Source of the DNA: an uncultured beta proteobacterium
GTDB taxonomy: Bacteria > Pseudomonadota > Gammaproteobacteria > Burkholderiales > Burkholderiaceae_C
DNA: 64,000 nt
Direction: 5' to 3'
NCBI GenBank assembly: GCA_903906695.1
Contig: CAIVLG010000260.1
Span: 715-64,714, forward strand
The notes beneath the pieces were generated by a model that was not told the DNA's origin, searched no databases, and saw only the letters and a list, made by a program, of their open reading frames with translations. Shown here piece after piece: positions 61,490 through 64,000 of the stretch. Positions within the stretch are counted from its first letter, which is position 1; every line of letters starts with the position of its first letter. The translations under genes were made by a program, and so were the position numbers.

Positions 61490-63199
61490 ATGTATTCGCA
61501 CCATTTTGGCCTGACGCAAGACCCGTTTTCGATCGCCCCCGACCCGCGTTACCTGTTCATGAGCGAACGGCACCGCGAGGCCTTGGCGCACCTGTTGTTC
61601 GGTGTCGCCGGTACCAACGGTTCGGCCCGTGGCACCGGCGGTGGCTTTGTCCTGCTGACGGGCGACATCGGCACCGGGAAAACCACCATCTGTCGCTGCT
61701 TTCTGGAGCAGATCCCCGCCGGTTGTCATGTGGCTTACATCTTCAACCCCAAGCTGACTGTCAGCGAATTGCTGCAGTCGATCTGCGAAGAATTTCATAT
61801 CAAGGTGGCAAACACGGCGGCGATCCCACCGACTGTTAAGGATTACATCGACGCGCTCAATGTTTTCCTGCTTGAAGCTCATGCGGCCGGGCAAAGCAGC
61901 GTGCTGATCATCGACGAGGCGCAGAACCTCAAGCCCGACGTGCTGGAGCAGTTGCGACTGCTCACCAATCTGGAAACCAGCGAGCGCAAGCTTTTGCAGA
62001 TCGTGCTGATCGGGCAGCCCGAATTGCGCAGCATGCTGGATCGTCCCGAACTCGAGCAACTGGCGCAACGCGTCATCGCACGGTTTCACCTTGACGCCTT
62101 GACCGCGACCGAGAGCACGCAGTACATCGCGCACCGCTTGGCAGTGGCCGGTCTGAACAATCCCTTGCCGTTCGACAAGCGCTCGCTGCAGCATATCCAC
62201 CGTCTGACGCGCGGCGTGCCGCGCCGCATCAACCTGCTGTGTGGTCGCGCCCTGCTCGGAGCCTGGGCCAATGGACTGCACCGGGTTGACCGAAAGGTGG
62301 TCGACAAAGCCGCGGCAGAAGTATTCGGCACAGAAGGCGTTAGAAGCCTCGGCGCGGGAAAGAATTCAAAAATCTATTGGACGGCGGGTCTGGTGTTAGT
62401 GGTGCTCGCCGGCGCGACCGCTTTCCTGTTCTGGCCGGTGCAGCGTGCCAAGCAAGCGCTACCCCAAACCCCTATCGCATCGCCGCTGGTGCCGACGCCC
62501 CCATCCGCCCCAACTCTGGTGGTGCCCGTACCCGAACGAGCGGCATCGACTCCCAGCGCGGCAGCCCCCCGCCCTCCTGAAGAGATCGAGGCGCTGCTGC
62601 CAAAACTGCCGCAGGACATCAATCTCGCCTGGCACGACTTGGCGCTGGTCTGGAAGTTGCCGCCAATGGACGGCGATCCCTGCCGCGGGGCCTCTGCTCA
62701 GGGCTTGCAGTGCTACCGAACCGGCAATTTGAGCGTGCCGCTGTTGCGCCAACTCGGCCGTCCCGGCATCCTGACCCTGCAGCTTGAAAAAAGCCCGCCT
62801 TTCTACGCCTTGCTGGTCGATCTGTCCGAGCAACACGCCACGCTGCGCCTGCCCGATGGCCTGCATCAGGTGACGCTGCTCTCGCTCGGCCGACTGTGGC
62901 GCGGCGATTTCGCGACCTATTGGCGAGCACCACCCGACTACGTTCCCGACCTGCGTGACGGCAGCGCGGGAGCAGCGGTTACCCATCTTGTGCAACAACT
63001 GGATTTGCTTGATGGAACGCCAGCGCGGCCAGCAGGCGCCCCGCCTCAAGTCCTCGATCCGACCCTGCGGGGCCGCGTACGTGCCTTCCAGCGGGCGCAG
63101 GGACTCAAGCCGGACGGGCAGCCGGGTCCGTTGACGTTCATGCAGCTTGAACGTGCCAATGGCCAAAGCGAGCCCCGCCTGCAAACCGAGCCGCGCTAA
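61490..63199 (+). CDS. exeA: ExeA/GspA family AAA ATPase with peptidoglycan-binding domain
   Basis: PFSIAPDPRYLF, GDIGTGKTT, IIDEAQNL, GQPEL, GVPRRIN, TM segment, VRAFQRAQGLKPDGQPGP. Confidence 0.88.
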   Translation: MYSHHFGLTQDPFSIAPDPRYLFMSERHREALAHLLFGVAGTNGSARGTGGGFVLLTGDIGTGKTTICRCFLEQIPAGCHVAYIFNPKLTVSELLQSICEEFHIKVANTAAIPPTVKDYIDALNVFLLEAHAAGQSSVLIIDEAQNLKPDVLEQLRLLTNLETSERKLLQIVLIGQPELRSMLDRPELEQLAQRVIARFHLDALTATESTQYIAHRLAVAGLNNPLPFDKRSLQHIHRLTRGVPRRINLLCGRALLGAWANGLHRVDRKVVDKAAAEVFGTEGVRSLGAGKNSKIYWTAGLVLVVLAGATAFLFWPVQRAKQALPQTPIASPLVPTPPSAPTLVVPVPERAASTPSAAAPRPPEEIEALLPKLPQDINLAWHDLALVWKLPPMDGDPCRGASAQGLQCYRTGNLSVPLLRQLGRPGILTLQLEKSPPFYALLVDLSEQHATLRLPDGLHQVTLLSLGRLWRGDFATYWRAPPDYVPDLRDGSAGAAVTHLVQQLDLLDGTPARPAGAPPQVLDPTLRGRVRAFQRAQGLKPDGQPGPLTFMQLERANGQSEPRLQTEPR

Positions 63200-63203
63200 G
63201 CCC

Positions 63204-63869
63204 ATGTCCTACATCCTTGATGCACTGAAACGAGCCGATGCCGAACGCGAACGTGGCGTGGTACCGGGGCTGTATGCGCGACAGGTGACGACGCCCACCG
63301 GGAGTTCCGCCAAAGTGGTGCGCAGGCCGATCTGGCTGGCTCTTGCAGGCGCATTGACGCTTGGCGGCATGGGAATCGGTGTGACGCTGTGGCCCTCGTC
63401 AAAAGAACCTGCCCGCGAGGTCTTGCCGGCAACGCCGCTTCCCAAAATCACGGCACCCATACCAGCGCCAGCATCGACAGCGGCGCCGCAAGTGACCGTT
63501 GCACAGCACACGCCTGTTCCGGTTGCGCCGCCAGTTGCTGCCGCGCCAAGTCCGGCGGTTAGCGTCGTGCCGGCGAGGACAGTGCGCCTACCTTCAGCAC
63601 CCTCGGCCAGCAAGTCACCCGCAAGTGTTGCGACGGCGCCCACACTGCCATTGCTCGCCGATCTGTCCGACGAACTTCGGCGCCAAATTCCTGCGTTAAA
63701 TATCAGTGGCGCCGTCTACTCCGAGAACCCAGGCCAGCGCTTGTTACTGGTCAACAACCTGGTGCTGAATCAGGGTGGCCAGGCCGCGCCTGAAGTGACG
63801 CTGGAAGAGATCGGTGCCAAGAGTTCGATCTTCAATTTTCGGGGCACCCGCTTTCGGCTGGCGCATTAG
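63204..63869 (+). CDS. exeB: GspB/ExeB family protein
   Basis: MSYILDALKRADAER, TM segment, Pro/Ala-rich linker, GAVYSENPGQRLLLVN C-terminal domain. Confidence 0.85.
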   Translation: MSYILDALKRADAERERGVVPGLYARQVTTPTGSSAKVVRRPIWLALAGALTLGGMGIGVTLWPSSKEPAREVLPATPLPKITAPIPAPASTAAPQVTVAQHTPVPVAPPVAAAPSPAVSVVPARTVRLPSAPSASKSPASVATAPTLPLLADLSDELRRQIPALNISGAVYSENPGQRLLLVNNLVLNQGGQAAPEVTLEEIGAKSSIFNFRGTRFRLAH

Positions 63870-63893
63870 CCAAGCGCTGGGCCAGACTTCTGC

Positions 63894-64000
63894 TCACGCA
63901 CCAAAGCCATCGTCTGCCGAAATTACGGCGCCGTTGATGAAGTGGCTTTCGTTGGAACACAGCATGACCAATACGGCATCCAGATCCTTGGCGTGTCCGA
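63894..64000 (-). CDS. SDR oxidoreductase, C-terminal end (partial)
   Basis: Minus frame reads GHAKDLDAVLVMLCSNESHFINGAVISADDGFGA*. Confidence 0.75.
   Translation of the reverse strand, partial: GHAKDLDAVLVMLCSNESHFINGAVISADDGFGA

Overview
Chromosomal window from a betaproteobacterium. Gene order and protein style suggest Comamonadaceae/Burkholderiales; this is inference. 1-19 kb: conserved core block on the minus strand (rpsB-tsf-pyrH-frr-uppS-cdsA-dxr-rseP-bamA-skp-lpxD-fabZ-lpxA-lpxB-rnhB-trmH-family, then carA-carB, with carB running off the left edge). 19-47 kb: amidase, an internally deleted D-amino acid dehydrogenase relic, an MBL hydrolase, nnr, rnr, tRNA-Leu(CAG), rimO, phaR, tRNA-Val(GAC), an SDR, dnaG-rpoD, a serine hydrolase, a GH18 chitinase-like gene, an aapJQMP amino-acid ABC transporter with a predicted sigma54/NtrC promoter, a DmpA peptidase, ettA, ycaO and small enzymes. 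About 47-58 kb: an accessory c-di-GMP signalling block, the most interesting part. An apparent operon on the minus strand encodes a PilB/GspE-family ATPase with MshEN-like repeats, KaiC (Ser-Ser phosphosite type with a coiled-coil tail), KaiB and a PAS-GAF-HD-GYP phosphodiesterase. There is no kaiA in the window. This operon overlaps tail-to-tail with a 3xPAS-GGDEF cyclase and lies next to a decaying EAL gene and a divergent diheme cytochrome c. 58-64 kb: scoAB with a PAS-LuxR regulator, HiPIP, an AhpD-like protein, exeA/exeB and a partial SDR. I saw no CRISPR array, integrase or transposase. All calls come from motif recognition by eye with no database search. Where I moved a start codon relative to the ORF track, the start is a best estimate.
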